From: Vicugna vicugna
Taxonomy: Eukaryota
Assembly: GCA_013265495.1 (NCBI GenBank)
Contig: MU061538.1
Coordinates: 746,001 to 810,000 of the forward strand
DNA: 64,000 bases
Direction of reading: 5' to 3'
Shown here: positions 50,981 to 63,388 of the stretch, one piece after another
Position numbering within the stretch: the stretch's first letter is position 1
How the letters are laid out: every line of letters starts with the position of its first letter
Notes under the pieces: model-generated
Told to the model about the DNA's origin: nothing
The model's database searches: none
What the model saw: only the letters and a program-made list of their open reading frames with translations
Position numbers and translations under genes: made by a program

Positions 50981-52823
50981 ATAGGAGGGGGAAATCCTAT
51001 GTGGGCTCTTTCTGGCTGACCGCAGGCCATCACAAGGCTTTGTCCTAGGCTCGGCCCCACCCTTTGTCCCTCTCACTGGACTTCAGCCCTCACTCCTGAG
51101 CTGCCACCGTGGACAGCCCGCGGGACCCTGGCCGGCCCCGGGGCAGAGGGGGCAGGACTCGGGCAGGAGATGGTGTGCCTGAAACTCAGATCTTCCCAAG
51201 TGGGACGGGCTCCTGCAGGGCAGTGAGACCCCCATCCTGGAAGCGTTCAGAGTGTAAACTAATACAGTGGGAGTGTCTGAGAGGAGACTCAAGCCACGAG
51301 GGTTTTTCTGGAGGGGAACTGGCTGCTGGCTGGCTCAGAGCTTGTGGGGCGACAGGGCTGGTAGAGGCTCCCACAGCCCGGGGCACAGCGAGTGGGGATC
51401 CCTTCCCTTCCAGCCACGTATCCGTTTCTTTATCTAACCAACACTTACCGAGCATGTAGTATTTCCCACATGTGCCAAGAAATGCAGAGCCGGTGACAGG
51501 CGGCCTCGGCCCTGGTGGGATGTGCACCCGCTGCACTTTCTCCGACAGCTTCGGGAAGGCCGCCTCTGCTGCTCGCGGAGCCTGGTTTAGGGTTAGTCAC
51601 GGGCGGGGGGATGGGTGCTGCGCCGGCTGGGCTCAGGACCATCACCGCAAGGACGAGCCCCTGATCAGGCCACTCCACCAGTCGTGTCTGCTCTTTGGAA
51701 ATGTCTCAGATACCTGCTGAAGGAAATCTCAGTCAACAAGTGCATGCAACCTTAGGCAGCTGGGATTTTAATAAAAAGCACTGAGAGTGTACGGAGTCCC
51801 TGGTCGGTTCCTTCCTCTTTCCTCCCCCAGACATAAGACCAGCTCTGCCACGGCGCTGCTCGCCCGGCACACGCTCGCTCGGGTTTCCCAGACGAGGAAA
51901 CTGGGCTCAGGGACACTGGCTTCCCTGGGCAGTTTCTGGGTCTGGGAACTGGAAAGAATGGCCTGGGTCTCTGGGCCGGGCCTCCTCCACCGGAAGGTCA
52001 CTTACTCCCCAGCGGGGTGACATCAGCTTCGCTCCTCCACCTTAGACTCAGACCAGCTGCTTTTACGGAGCCCACCCAGCTGAGCAGAAGAAGGAAAGTG
52101 AAATCTGCTGGCCTCAGAAAACTGCCGCCTGTCGCAGTCATGTTTGAACCCTGAGAGTGGAAGCAGAGTGAGGATGTGCAGATTCTGTAGCGGCAACTGG
52201 CACACACGCCTGTCGCTCTTGAAGGCTTCCCCAGCGCTCCACCTCTCCAGCAAAGCCCCTGCGGGATGGCTGTGCTCTGAGGTCCGGGAAGCTAGCATGT
52301 TTCCCCTCACTCTCCCTACTGTTTCGAAGCCCAGGTGAGTCTGGGGAAGGCCTTTCCAGGGTTGAAATGGAATCTGTAGCCAGAGGACCACTTCCCACAT
52401 TCAGCGGCCCTGCAAACGGAGCCCCCAAACAGAGCCAGGGCTCCTGGGTCCCCACGGTTCAGGCAAGCAAACCGGGGCAGCCCCTGTACTCTGAGAGACT
52501 GTCTCTTCAACACAGACCATTCCCTGCCGTCCCGAGTCCTTATTTAATTTTTCAGACCTACAGGAAAAGTGAAAAACCAGTCAAATGAACACAGTGACCC
52601 TTCCCCTCCGTTCACCAATTGCTGCCGTTTCCCGGTAGCTTGGTCTCTTCCTTTTTTAGCTTTTGCTGAACCATTTGAAAGCAGGTTACAGACAACGTGA
52701 CGTTTTACTCCTGAATATTTTAGCATCTGTTGCCTAATGAGGAAAGGTTCCTACAGACCCTCAAAACTACCATCACTTGTAAGAAAACAAACATGTATTC
52801 GCGAATACAGTCTGCCAGGTAAC

Positions 52824-53237
52824 TGAGGGGGCACCGCTTGGCACTCGGTCGTTTGAGCTGAAGGCAGCTAAGACCCAGCAGGACCTGCCTTTCCTCTGCC
52901 TTAACTGCCGGAAGGAATGCGGACAGGAAGAGCGCTGCCGCCAGAGACGGCTTGTACATCGCAAAGACTTACCCGCGCGGCCTGGCGAACACCTGTTCCT
53001 GACCAGCTGCTCTTCTCACCCTCCTGTGGACCGGCTTCCTCCGCTCTGAAGCCGGGCTCCTGCCCCCGCCCCGGAGCTCGGGACGGTGCAGATGCCCCCC
53101 TGCCTGCCTGCCTTGGAGTCTCGTGTGTTTGTGTCTGAAGTTGGCTCTTCTCCTGTTGATCTGTCTTATGTCAGCTTAATTATTGGACCAGCCAACGAAC
53201 CTCGAAGGGAAGAAGGAGAGGATTTTCCTCCCCAGCA
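52824..53237 (+). mobile_element. ERV1-class LTR remnant (MER34-like) inserted in an older L1ME fragment
   Basis: Begins tgagggggc...tttgagctgaaggca; ends tctcctgttgatctgtcttatgtcagcttaattattggaccagcc...ttttcctccccagca. Confidence 0.6.
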
Positions 53238-53344
53238 GAATCCAGTTCTGAACATCCCCAGTTGCCTCCAAAATGACTTTCACCTGGTCGTTACGCCCAG
53301 GCTTCGGCCACGGTTCATGCGTTGCTTTGCTCGTGTCTCTTCTG

Positions 53345-53430
53345 TCTTTTTTTTGGAGGTACTGGGGATTAAGCTCAGGACCTCATGCACATAAGCACAT
53401 GCCCTACCACTGAGCTCTGCCACCACCCCT
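53345..53430 (-). mobile_element. tRNA-Ala-derived SINE (Vic-1-like)
   Basis: ttttggaggtactggggattaagctcaggacctcatgcacataagcacatgccctaccactgagct. Confidence 0.8.
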
Positions 53431-56400
53431 CTTCTGTCACTTTTGTCCTAGAATAGTCCCCCGAGCCCCCACCCACATCTCTTATTTTTCTTGCCAGTGA
53501 GTTTTGACAAGAGCCGAGACAGGCCAGCTTGCCGGATGCGCCACACCTGGGAATCATCTGATTCTTTCCTCACGATTACATTCAGGTTAAATGCTGTGGC
53601 AGGTCCTGCCCCTGCCGAGGGCCAGTTTGTCCCCACGGTGAGAGGTGCTGGAGGGCGATGGACAGGCTGTCTCGATCGCAAAGGCTCAGGTTTGCCTTTG
53701 CAATGAACACGTCGTCTGAGAGGCGGCAGGCCGCGGTGGCAGCGAGGACTTAGTCCATTAGCAGGGTCGCGGATCGGAAGGCCAGCCCACCGAGCTCTGC
53801 ATCTGCCCTCTGCAGATTAACACGGGACACGTCCGTGGGGATGGGCGGAGACGGGGTGGTGCCGCAGCGTTCACCATCGCTAGGTAGTGGTGAGCTTGCC
53901 GATGATTTTAATTGCCTCCCTTGCCATTTTTGCATCTTCTAGATCTTCTGCAATGAACACATACTGCTTTTATAATTCTGAGGGAAATGTGTTCAACAGT
54001 TTCGAGAAGAGAGGACGAGGGCAGGGAGGAGGGAGGTGAGCCCTCAGTCTGTGTGGGGCAGGCTGGTGTGGAGTGGGGTCAGTGTGACGGAGGAGCAGTG
54101 GGCGCCCAGGTGCTGGTGCCTGTGTCGGGCCACCTCGGGTCGGCCTCTCTGGCCTGGACAGAAGCCTGTTCCCTCTTGCTCGCCGTGTCCCCTGGGCTAG
54201 AGGCCTGGCAGCTGTGCAGCCACCCCCAAGTCTGTCTTCCTGCACCCGGCACCCTGGGGATCAGCGCCTTTGCTAAATAAACTCACCTGGGCTTCTCCTG
54301 GTTGGAGTGAGCGGTTTCCTCGTGGACACCTTGGGTCCCTCCGTTGGCATCACTGTCCCCAAGCCCTCCTCAGTGTTGGCTGCTCCTCTAGCCGGCAACC
54401 CCGTCCCTTGTCCACCCTGGAATTCCCGGGGCCTTCCACGGTCTGAGGTGCAGAGTAGGTCCCCTAGAACACTGATGGACTAAATGAGTGGTGAGCACGC
54501 CCGTGGACGTCTGGAGGCTGGAGGTCTTTGTGCGAGAGAGCCAGAGGCTCAGGGACCTCACTCCAGTCAGAGGGACCCTGACCACAAGCCTGGGCCCGAG
54601 AAGCCACCAAGAGGCGGGGCTTCTGTGACGGGGCTGATGGGCCAGAAAGGAGTCTCTGAAGGCCGCCTGCCAACCCAGGCTGCAGAGCAGAGCTGGGCCT
54701 GGGAGGGTCCCAGGGCGGCCGGTTTGAGGCCCATAGTCTTGCTGGCCCGCAGGGGGGTCAGGCTGAAGTCCCTGACCCCCGTGGAGGGCGCAGAGTGGCT
54801 CCCGGGACCCTGCGTGGCGCCAGCCCCGGTGCGGGCAGGGAAGGAGAGCCCGGCCACACAGACGTCCCCGAGTGCCGCGTCCGGGGCTCATTCCTTTCTG
54901 CGTTCTCCCCTTCATTCTGTCTCCGGTTCATTCTCCAGTTCAAGCGCCGTCCAGTCGCCAGTGCTGCCCCTCTCCTGGGAGGAGGGGCCTGCCTCTGCTC
55001 CCAGGGATGCTTGGGCTGGGGTGGGGGGGACGCAGGCAGTCGGCTTCCAACGGCTCCAAGATGCAGAGAGATTAAGTTTCTCTGCTGGGGTCGCAGGGCC
55101 GCCCCACCAGGACTCTGGCAGGCCCCCAGAGCCTTCCGCAGGGACCCCAGGTGGGCGAGGGCACGCCCCCAGGTTCGAGTACATTTTGTGTGCACCTGCT
55201 AAGGGTCGCTGAAGTTAGCTTTTGACACAGCCTGGTGTTTTCCAGAAAGAGTGAGGGGTGGGGAGGCTGCACGGCCACCTGCTCCGTCACTTAGACACTG
55301 TCGCATCTGCAGAGCTGTTGCAGAAGCACAGGGCACGTGCGCATCGCCGAGGTGACAGCAGAAAAGCTCACACCGCGGAGCAGAGGAGAGGGGTAGTCAG
55401 AGTGACGGCTGACAGCAGGGAGACGCTTCTTGTCTTGACTGCACCTTTTTTCCTTCGGAGTAAAAGTAGTTTCAAAGTTGGAAAATCATGACAACTGTGT
55501 TGCTCACGAGAAGCGAGATCATCACGCTCTCACTGCCGCTTTACCCGTGGGGCCAGGTGGCTCTGGGTCCAGATCAGGGAACTGTAACAGGGCTGCCGTT
55601 CTGTCGGCATCAGGTGACGGGCGTCACGGCGACCTAACCTGACAGGCGAGGACACGCGGGGCCGCCCTGTCCTTGAGCTCCCGCTGCGCCGGGCGCCCCC
55701 GGGCCCCCACCACCCAGGAACCCTTTCTGTCCGCAGCCGCACACTCTCACCACAGCTGTAACTGCCTCACCTTCCCAAGCACCCCCATCACTTGGCCAGT
55801 ATTCCTGGTGTTAGCAGACTCACGGGCCAAGCCAGTGGCGTCTGAGGAACAAAATCTGACCGGACGACACTGAGATACCTTCAGAGCCAAAGAGCTGCAG
55901 GCGCACCTGCTGCGAGGGGCCCACCACGAGCTCGGGGCCGCGGGCGGTGCTCCAGGGACGGTCCCCACCGGGGGCCTCCGGTCCTCAGGGAACGCGGGGC
56001 ACTGGGAGGCAGACCTCGGCCCAGCTGGGTCAGAAGGTGGCTGTTCTCAGCGGCGCGGTTTCCCCTTTGTCCCAAAGAATTAAACCTTGCGTTCTAGCTC
56101 CTTTTAGAACGAAGACTGCATCCCAGCGTTCCTGGCAGCTCGGCTCAGGCCAGCGGGACCAGGTGAAGGGCCACGTGGCAGATTTCCAGCACTTTCTTTA
56201 AGATGCCCCAAGACTCCAGGAGCAGGGCCTGGACTCCTCCCTCCGCCCGCCCCCAGGGCTTGGGTGCAGCGCCTGTCCCTGGGCCTCTGTCGCTCACTGC
56301 TGACCCAGTCCTGAGTAAACAGCAGGAGGTACCTCGGAATCCCGAGAAAAGTTCGGCTCGCGTGTAGAAATGGCTGTGACCCGAGCCCAGCGGGTCGGCC

Positions 56401-57599
56401 GGGCACCTGTGACAACACGGCGGGAAAGTAAGTAAAAACACTCTCCTGCCAACCCGGGAAACGGAGAAGGGGACGAAATCAACTCGACCCCTGAACGAGC
56501 ATGATGTCAGAAGGAGACACGCATCCCAAGGGGCCCACGAGAGAGGCTGTGAGGACAGGAGCCCGTCTGGGGGCCGAGGGGGGACACCCTGACCCGGCAG
56601 GCTTTGCAGTTTGGAGTCGGGGGCAGCCGAGGGCAGCACCACCGCCCCGCAGGCGTCAGGCATCCGGCGCTGCGCGCTCCCTTTCAAAGAGATGCTCCCA
56701 GGCCCTCGAGGAGTCACTCAGGGCTGGGGGGCGGCCAGGGGCTCACTAGCCCTCGGAAGACCACAGACCTCTGAAAAGGTGGGAAGAAGAACTTTTGAGA
56801 GACACTCCGGGCGCAAGTGTCAGGTGGGCAACTGGATGTTTGGATCTGGAGGCAGATGTGTGAACGGGAATCATCTGGACACTGAGGGCAATGAAAGCCT
56901 TGGGCCTGGACGGGTCCACCTCCCTGTCTAGATGCTGACAGAGGAGGGTAGCAGGAGGTCCCCCGACCCCGGGCAAGAGGGCCCAGGGGCTCAGAGAGGA
57001 GGCTGCTCCAAGACATCTGAACCACCAAGGCCGCCGGGCCAAGGAGGGGCTGGGCCAGGAGAGGGAGGGGAGCCCCCAGGGCTGGGGGGCACGCCGGGCG
57101 GCCTGGGCTCGGAGACCCCATCCTCTGAGGGCACATTGCCTTCCAGAACCACGGCACAGCCGGTCTGCCCTCTCTCTTGCTCCAGGAGAGCCCCAAGGTC
57201 ACCTGGACCTTTGCCCACCACTGCTGGCAGCAGCTGAAACCCCGCCTCCATCAGGCCCTTCACGTGACGGTCCCTTGGGTTCACACCACGTAAGCCAAAG
57301 TTTCTATGACCATTTGCTGTCCTGAAAAATTAATTCTTCTCTTGAATGAATGCCACTGTGCTGATGGGCTTATTTCTGGATTGCTCATACCGCCCAGCTG
57401 TGGAGATGAGTCTCTACTTAAGATGACAATTTAAAATCTAGGAAGCGCCCCATGGAGGTGAGTGTCCAGTGAGGCCACACCCCAGCAGGTCACGTCCCAG
57501 CAGGACACTCTGTGGAGACACATGAGCCCAGTTCACAATTGTTCAATCCAGGTCAACTCAGCAAATGTCTGCAGACAGTGAGAAGATTGTTCAGTGTTA

Positions 57600-57925
57600 A
57601 GTGGGGCGGGGTGGGGGAGGACAGGAGGGGACAGGAAGGNNNNNNNNNNNNNNNNNNNNNNNNNNNNNNNNNNNNNNNNNNNNNNNNNNNNNNNNNNNNN
57701 NNNNNNNNNNNNNNNNNNNNNNNNNNNNNNNNNNNNNNNNNNNNNNNNNNNNNNNNNNNNNNNNNNNNNNNNNNNNNNNNNNNNNNNNNNNNNGGGGGGG
57801 GGGGGGGGGAGGAGGGGGGGGGAAGGTAGGGGGCGGGGGGACGGAAGGGGAGGGGGGGACAGGGGGGGACGGGGGGACAGGAGGGGACAGGAAGGGGCAG
57901 GGGGACAGGAGGGGACGGGAACGGG
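57600..57925. repeat. G-rich (GGGGACAGGA-like) low-complexity array interrupted by an assembly gap (N at 57640-57793)
   Basis: Repeated ggggacagga/ggggacgg units on both sides of 154 N. Confidence 0.9.
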
Positions 57926-58533
57926 CAGAAGAGAGCAGGTGGGGCTGCTGCTTCTCAGTGATCCGTCCTGGGCCCGAGGTCACACAGGCAGGGAGGCAGT
58001 TCAGTAACCTCTGTGCTGGGCGTTGGGAGCCATCAGCCTGACCCAGAGGAGCCCATGTGGAGGGCTGGGACAGCCGGGTGGGGGGGGAGGGCCCACAAAG
58101 GTCAGGGCCGAGGTCGATGCCTGGACAGCACAGCTGCAGGGCGGCTCTGGACAGCATGTGGTCACAGTCCTGGGCTGCTGGCTTCAAAGGGTCGGGGAGC
58201 ATTTGCCCCTCGAGGGGGGCAGACAAAGCACAGCAGCGTGGTTACAGGGCACAGGACACCGAGGGGGTGTCTCAGGGAGATAGGGGCTCTGGTGGGGCCA
58301 GCAGATTGGGGATGGGGATGCAGCAGGCAGAAGGGTGTGACCGTTTCGAGGACCGCCAGTGATGCTCATGAAGCAGAGAGGCAGGCACCGTGGCCCCGGT
58401 GAGCGTGTGCCCGAGTGACACTCCCTTCGCTTAAGCCCAGGCCGCACAGCAGGAAAGCAGCCGGGCCCGGCACAGGTGCGCTGGAGGCAGGGCTGGTGGG
58501 GAAACCATTTCACAGAGGCCCCTCAGATGGCAC

Positions 58534-58951
58534 TGTGACCACCGTGTGTTCCCCAAAAGATATGTCAAGTCCTAAACCCCAGAACCTCAGAACGTGACCT
58601 TATCTGAAAGCCAGTCTGCGCTGATGTAATTGGTTAAGACCAGGTCACCCTGGAGCAGAGCGGGCCTGGGGCCGTGACGGGAGTGTCCTAAGAGAGGAGA
58701 GACGCAGACACAAGGGTGGCGATGGAGGCCGGGGTGGGAGGGTTGCGGCCAGTGCCAGGCCACCTAGGATTCCCGGTGGCACTGAAGCTGGAAGAGGCCA
58801 GAAAGGATGCTACCCAGAATCTCAGAGGGAGCGCCGCCGGGCTGCACCTGGCCAGTGCAGACTCCTGGCCCCAGAACTGTGAGAAAGTGAACTCTTACTC
58901 AAGCCACACAGTGTGCGGGCCCCCGTCACAGCAGCCCTGGGAACAAGTACC
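58534..58951 (+). mobile_element. MLT1-like (MaLR) solo LTR
   Basis: tgtgttccccaaaagatatgtcaagtcctaaaccccagaacctcagaacgtgaccttat...gaagctggaagaggcc...ccagaactgtgag...acagcagccctgggaacaagtac. Confidence 0.85.
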
Positions 58952-59466
58952 CACGGTTAGGGAGTTAGGCCCAGGTATGACAGGTCTACCTGAGATGGTC
59001 TGAACACCCACCCTAAGAAGGAGACTGACGCCACTGACCCGTCCCCATGGCTTGTGTCCAGTCCCTGGTCACTGGCCAGGACCGAGTTCGGAGTTTCCTT
59101 TCTGTATCAATGGAGGAGGCAGAGGGAATTTTACCCAGGCTGTGGAACAGATGCATTAATCACTTGGTTTCCAGGTCTGAAATCTGTTCATCCTGCACAG
59201 GCGCTGTCTGAGCAAGCCTTTCTATCAGGACGGCTGCCCCGCCCTGTTCTGACTCCTGCAGTTCCTGGGCTGGACCAGGGAAAGCCGTAGGAAATTGCTA
59301 TCAGGTCAAAAACTGTCAAATGTTGGTAAAAATCTGTCAAATAAATTTGCCATTTCATAGGAACCTGCTGAAAGTCAGCAGTTCCATTGGGTTCCATCTA
59401 ACAAAGAGATTAAAATTCAAGTATAATCAAAAAAGCAAAACGAAAACTTTAAATAACACATGCTTC

Positions 59467-60405
59467 TACCATAGGATCCAGCAATCCCACTCCTGGACAT
59501 ATATCCAGAGGAAAATATAATTTGAAAAGACACCTGCACCCCAATGTTTATAGCAGCACTGTATACAATAGCCAAGACATGGTAACAACCCAAATGTCCA
59601 TCGACAGATGACTGGGTAAAGAAGATGTGGTATATTTATACAGTGGAATACTACTCTGCCATAAAAAGAATAAAATAATGCCATTTGCAGCAACATGGAT
59701 GGACCTGGAGATTGTCATTCTAAGTGAAGTAAATCAGAAAGAGACAGAAAAATACCATATGATATTGCTTATATGTGGAATCTGAAAAAAAAGGACACAA
59801 ATCAACTTATCTACAAAACAGAAACAGACTCACAGACATAGAGAACAAACTTATGGTTACCAGGGGGCAGGAGGTGGGAAGGGATAAATTGGGAATTCGA
59901 AGTTTGCACCTCTTGCGGAGCGATGGAAGTGTCAGCTATCTTGATTGTGGTGGTGTTTCCATGGGTGTACACATCTATCAAATTTCATCAAATTGTTCAT
60001 CTCAAATATGTGTAGTTTACTGTACAGGAATCATACCACAATAAAGGTGTCAAAAAAAAACGCACTTTGGGGGGGAATGCCAAGATGGCAGAGTGGGACA
60101 CATAGCTCACCCTCTCCCACGAATACACCAAAAATTACAACTACAGACCAGCCAATTCGTGCGGAACACCTACTGAACTTGGGCAGAGTATCTCTTACTT
60201 CGAAATATAAGAGGATTCCTCACAAAAATGGGTAAACAAGTTTCTACTGTAGAGCACAGGAAACTGTATTCAATATCTTGTAGTGACCTATAATGAAAAA
60301 GAATCTGAAAAGGAAAATAGGTGTGTATCGGTGTGACTGAGACATGATGCTGTGCACTAGAAACGGATACGCTGTAACTGATTAAAGTTCAAATAAATAA
60401 ATAAC
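59467..60405 (+). mobile_element. Composite L1 region: relatively young L1 ORF2 end/3'UTR interrupted by an older-type L1 tail and an L1 5'UTR-like piece
   Basis: 59467-59908 gcaatcccactcctgg...atggatggacctggagattgtcattctaagtgaagt; 59909-60060 L1ME/HAL1-type tail with poly(A); 60069-60225 begins GGGGGGAATGCCAAGATGGC; 60230-60405 L1 3' tail. Confidence 0.8.
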
Positions 60406-60813
60406 TATACGCGTTACAGCAAGTCATGGAACAGATTTTTAAAATTATCTTTCATTCTCACCTAAGGATAAATTCCTAAAATACAGTTGCTGTGATGAAA
60501 TATACATTTCGTATTTTAATACATATTGTCAGATTGCCTTCCCTGAAAATGGTTCTAATTTACACTCCCACAAAACAGAGCATGAGAAAGCCCATTTCCG
60601 TACACCCTCAGCAGTGTCCAACTCTGTTTATCTCAATCTACGGCCATCTGATAGGCGAAAATACCTCGTGGTTATATCGATTGGTATAATATCAATAATT
60701 TTTACTGTTGATGTTACGATGATTTTATTCTTGAAAATAAAGAATGTTGTTAAAAAAAAAATAAAGAATATTTTCTTGGCCTCGGGTACAGGCTTTTCTC
60801 CCAAATTCTTCGC

Positions 60814-60970
60814 CAGTGGTTCTCAGATTGTAGTGTCAGTTGGAATTTCCTGGAGAGTTGTGACAACACAGAGTTTCCGACTGAGCAGGTCTGGGGTGGG
60901 GCCTGAGGCTGTGCATTTCTGGCAAGTTTCCAGAGGCTGCTGGCCCAGGAACCCTACTTTGAGAACCACG
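60814..60970. mobile_element. MER5A-like hAT-Charlie DNA transposon
   Basis: Termini cagtggttctca and tgagaaccacgg are inverted repeats; internal aggtctggggtggggcctgag...tgcatttct. Confidence 0.85.
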
Positions 60971-61074
60971 GCTTTAGGTGTGCTGTTTGGTGACTGACTG
61001 ATCTAAGGTGACTTCTCAGGAAGTGAGGCCGGAGGCCGGTCGGGCCCAGGATTTGCTAGGGTCTCGGCAGAGAC

Positions 61075-61667
61075 TGAGGGGACTCAGAGCAAGCCAAGAA
61101 GGTGGCACTTCGGTGGAAAGATTATTTTAAGGTGAAGACATTTGACATCAAGGGGTAAACAGACAAAGGGAGAAAAGACCTTCTTGGCACTTCCCTCACC
61201 TGACTAAAAACAGCGACCTCTGGGAAGTAAGGCCAGAAATGTCTCTTCTGGGCTGATCAGCTCCCAGAAGGGAGAATAAAACCAGCCCAAATCCCTCCCC
61301 AGGGGAAGGCGTACGGCTTCGCTGGAAATGGAAAGATGGCTCATAACTATGTAGACAAACATCCTCACAAAGTCTATCTCCTGTTTGTTCTCCTGAAAAC
61401 CATTGATCTTTCTAAAAGTCATGTGTCTTCCCACAAGCGCCTTCCCCCGCCCCTTCACATGCTAACATGGTTTAGAAACCCCAAATTCTAACCACCTCTC
61501 AAGTCACTCACCACTGAGTCCTCCCATGTCTGTGTGTGTTACATGTGGAAATAAACTCTGCTTTTTTAAATCCTTCTCCTGTTAATCTGACTTTTGTCAT
61601 TTTAATTTGCAGCACCCTGTGAACTGAACATAAGAGGGTAGAGGGAAAAGTTTTTTCCTCCCCTGCA
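61075..61667 (+). mobile_element. Solo ERV1-class LTR (MER34-like)
   Basis: TG...CA termini, near-TSD AGAC/AGAT, AATAAA at ~61550, end motif tctcctgttaatctg...gagggaaaagttttttcctcccctgca. Confidence 0.75.
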
Positions 61668-63259
61668 AGATCAACATGAACTCATGGGCTCGAGTCAGAT
61701 TTTACAGTCATGAATACCAGTCTAGAGCCATATCCTGAGAAGAGCTGACATGCCAACAAGGAAAATCAGAACCCCTACCCTACAAGAGCTTACATCTAGC
61801 ATCTCAGTTAATGCAAAAACACAGTTCACGATAGAAGGGCCCCAAGCAGAACACTGACACCGTCTTTAGAGGAAGTGATTAGCCCTTCAGCTTCCACACT
61901 TCAACCCCTTTAGAGGCTTGAATGGATAATAAAATCAGGTGTCCAGCATTTGTGGATTCTGTGAAGCCTGGAGAGTGGATACAGAGCTGTCTGAAATAAG
62001 ATAAGGACTCCCCGCTTTGTCTCACTGGAGCTGGGGTGTGGCCAGCCCAAGCCCATGGATGCAGGATCTCAGAGGCTGAGCCTTGCCCCGTCTTATGCAG
62101 GCTTTACAGGGCAGCTGCAGTGAAATGCCCTCTAACCAGGGCTGGCAGCTGGCCTGCAGCAGCGCTCAGGGCTCAGCCCCACTGCACCTGCATTGGAACA
62201 AGTCCAGGAGGCAGCCCCAAGGGCCTGGGCCTGGGGCCGGGGGGCCAGGTCTGGGGACTCACGGCTCCTGCTGCTCTGCACACACAGCTGGAGGGGAGGT
62301 GGGGTGGCCCCCAGGGCGGCTGACCTGCTCTGACCCTTTTCTGCCTGGAGCCAGGCACTCACGGCTGAGTGAAAGTAACGGGGCTTGCTCAGCCGGTATC
62401 TCAGGGGCCTCTGCCCTGGGGACAGCCTTCCCTCTGGCTGCCAGGCCCCCCTCACACCCCGACCAACCCGCTTGGGTGTCAAGGCTTCCTCTTGTGAATT
62501 CCAGGTGACCCAGAGGAGGGTGCAGACACCCCGTCCCCAACTGACCCAATTCCTCACTTGCCACTCCAAATTCCGTGTTACCAGTGATTAAACATCTTCT
62601 AGAAATTTCAAAATTGAAATGATTTGCATCTTTACAAATCATTACCAAGAATAACAATTAGGATTCTGTGAGAGTCTGAGGCTTTTTTAAAATAGTCTAT
62701 ACTTGTACGGAACGGCTCAGAAATACTCCAACACGTTCTAGAGCAAAGTCAGGGGGCCGAGGAAATCCTTCCACCAGCAAACAATGCGGGCCCGGGGCAT
62801 CTCAGGAAAGCAGGCCTGAGAAGAAGGTGGAGAATGGGGGCTTCCGCGGGCAGACGGGGTGAGGAGGCAGGAAGGCCATCCGGCGGGGCTGCAGAGCAGG
62901 GGGGCTGGAGCAGGGAGGCCGGGCCCTGAGCTGAGGAAACCAGCCTGGATCCCGCGTCAGACTCAGCCAGCCTCCCGGGCCAGAGCCCTGCTCCTCAGAC
63001 TCACAGGGATCTCGTGAGTCACAGAACAAGAAATACAAGGGGCCGGTAAACAGAAAAATAAAACGCTGCTAGTAAGTGATCAGAGGCACGAAAGCAAGAC
63101 GCAGTCTCTGAGCGGACCGGCAGCGCCGGGAGCTGGGAGACTCGGCCAGGTCTCGCGGGGGGCGCGCCCGCCCCGTCGGGTGGCAGATGTGCAGCCAGCT
63201 CGGTGTCCAGACCCCGCATACATGTTATCTTCTCACGTTCATTTTATTCTTAACTTCAT

Positions 63260-63388
63260 TTATTTATTTTTTAATTTTTGTGGGGGAGGTAATTAGGTGT
63301 ATTTATTTTAAATGGAGGTACCGGGGCTTGAACCCAGGACCTCAGGCACGCTAAGTACACGCTCTACCACTGAGCTGTACCCTCCTCC
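63260..63388 (-). mobile_element. tRNA-Ala-derived SINE (Vic-1-like)
   Basis: gggggaggtaattaggtgtatttattttaaatggaggtaccggggcttgaacccaggacctcaggcacgctaagtacacgctctaccactgagctgtaccctcc. Confidence 0.88.

Noticed and set aside
54388..57284. Long ORFs (242, 190, 175 aa) in GC-rich intergenic DNA, or exons of the neighbour UBE3C
   Set aside because: No HECT-domain or other recognisable peptide and no consistent exon structure; UBE3C, if syntenic with human, lies beyond the window.
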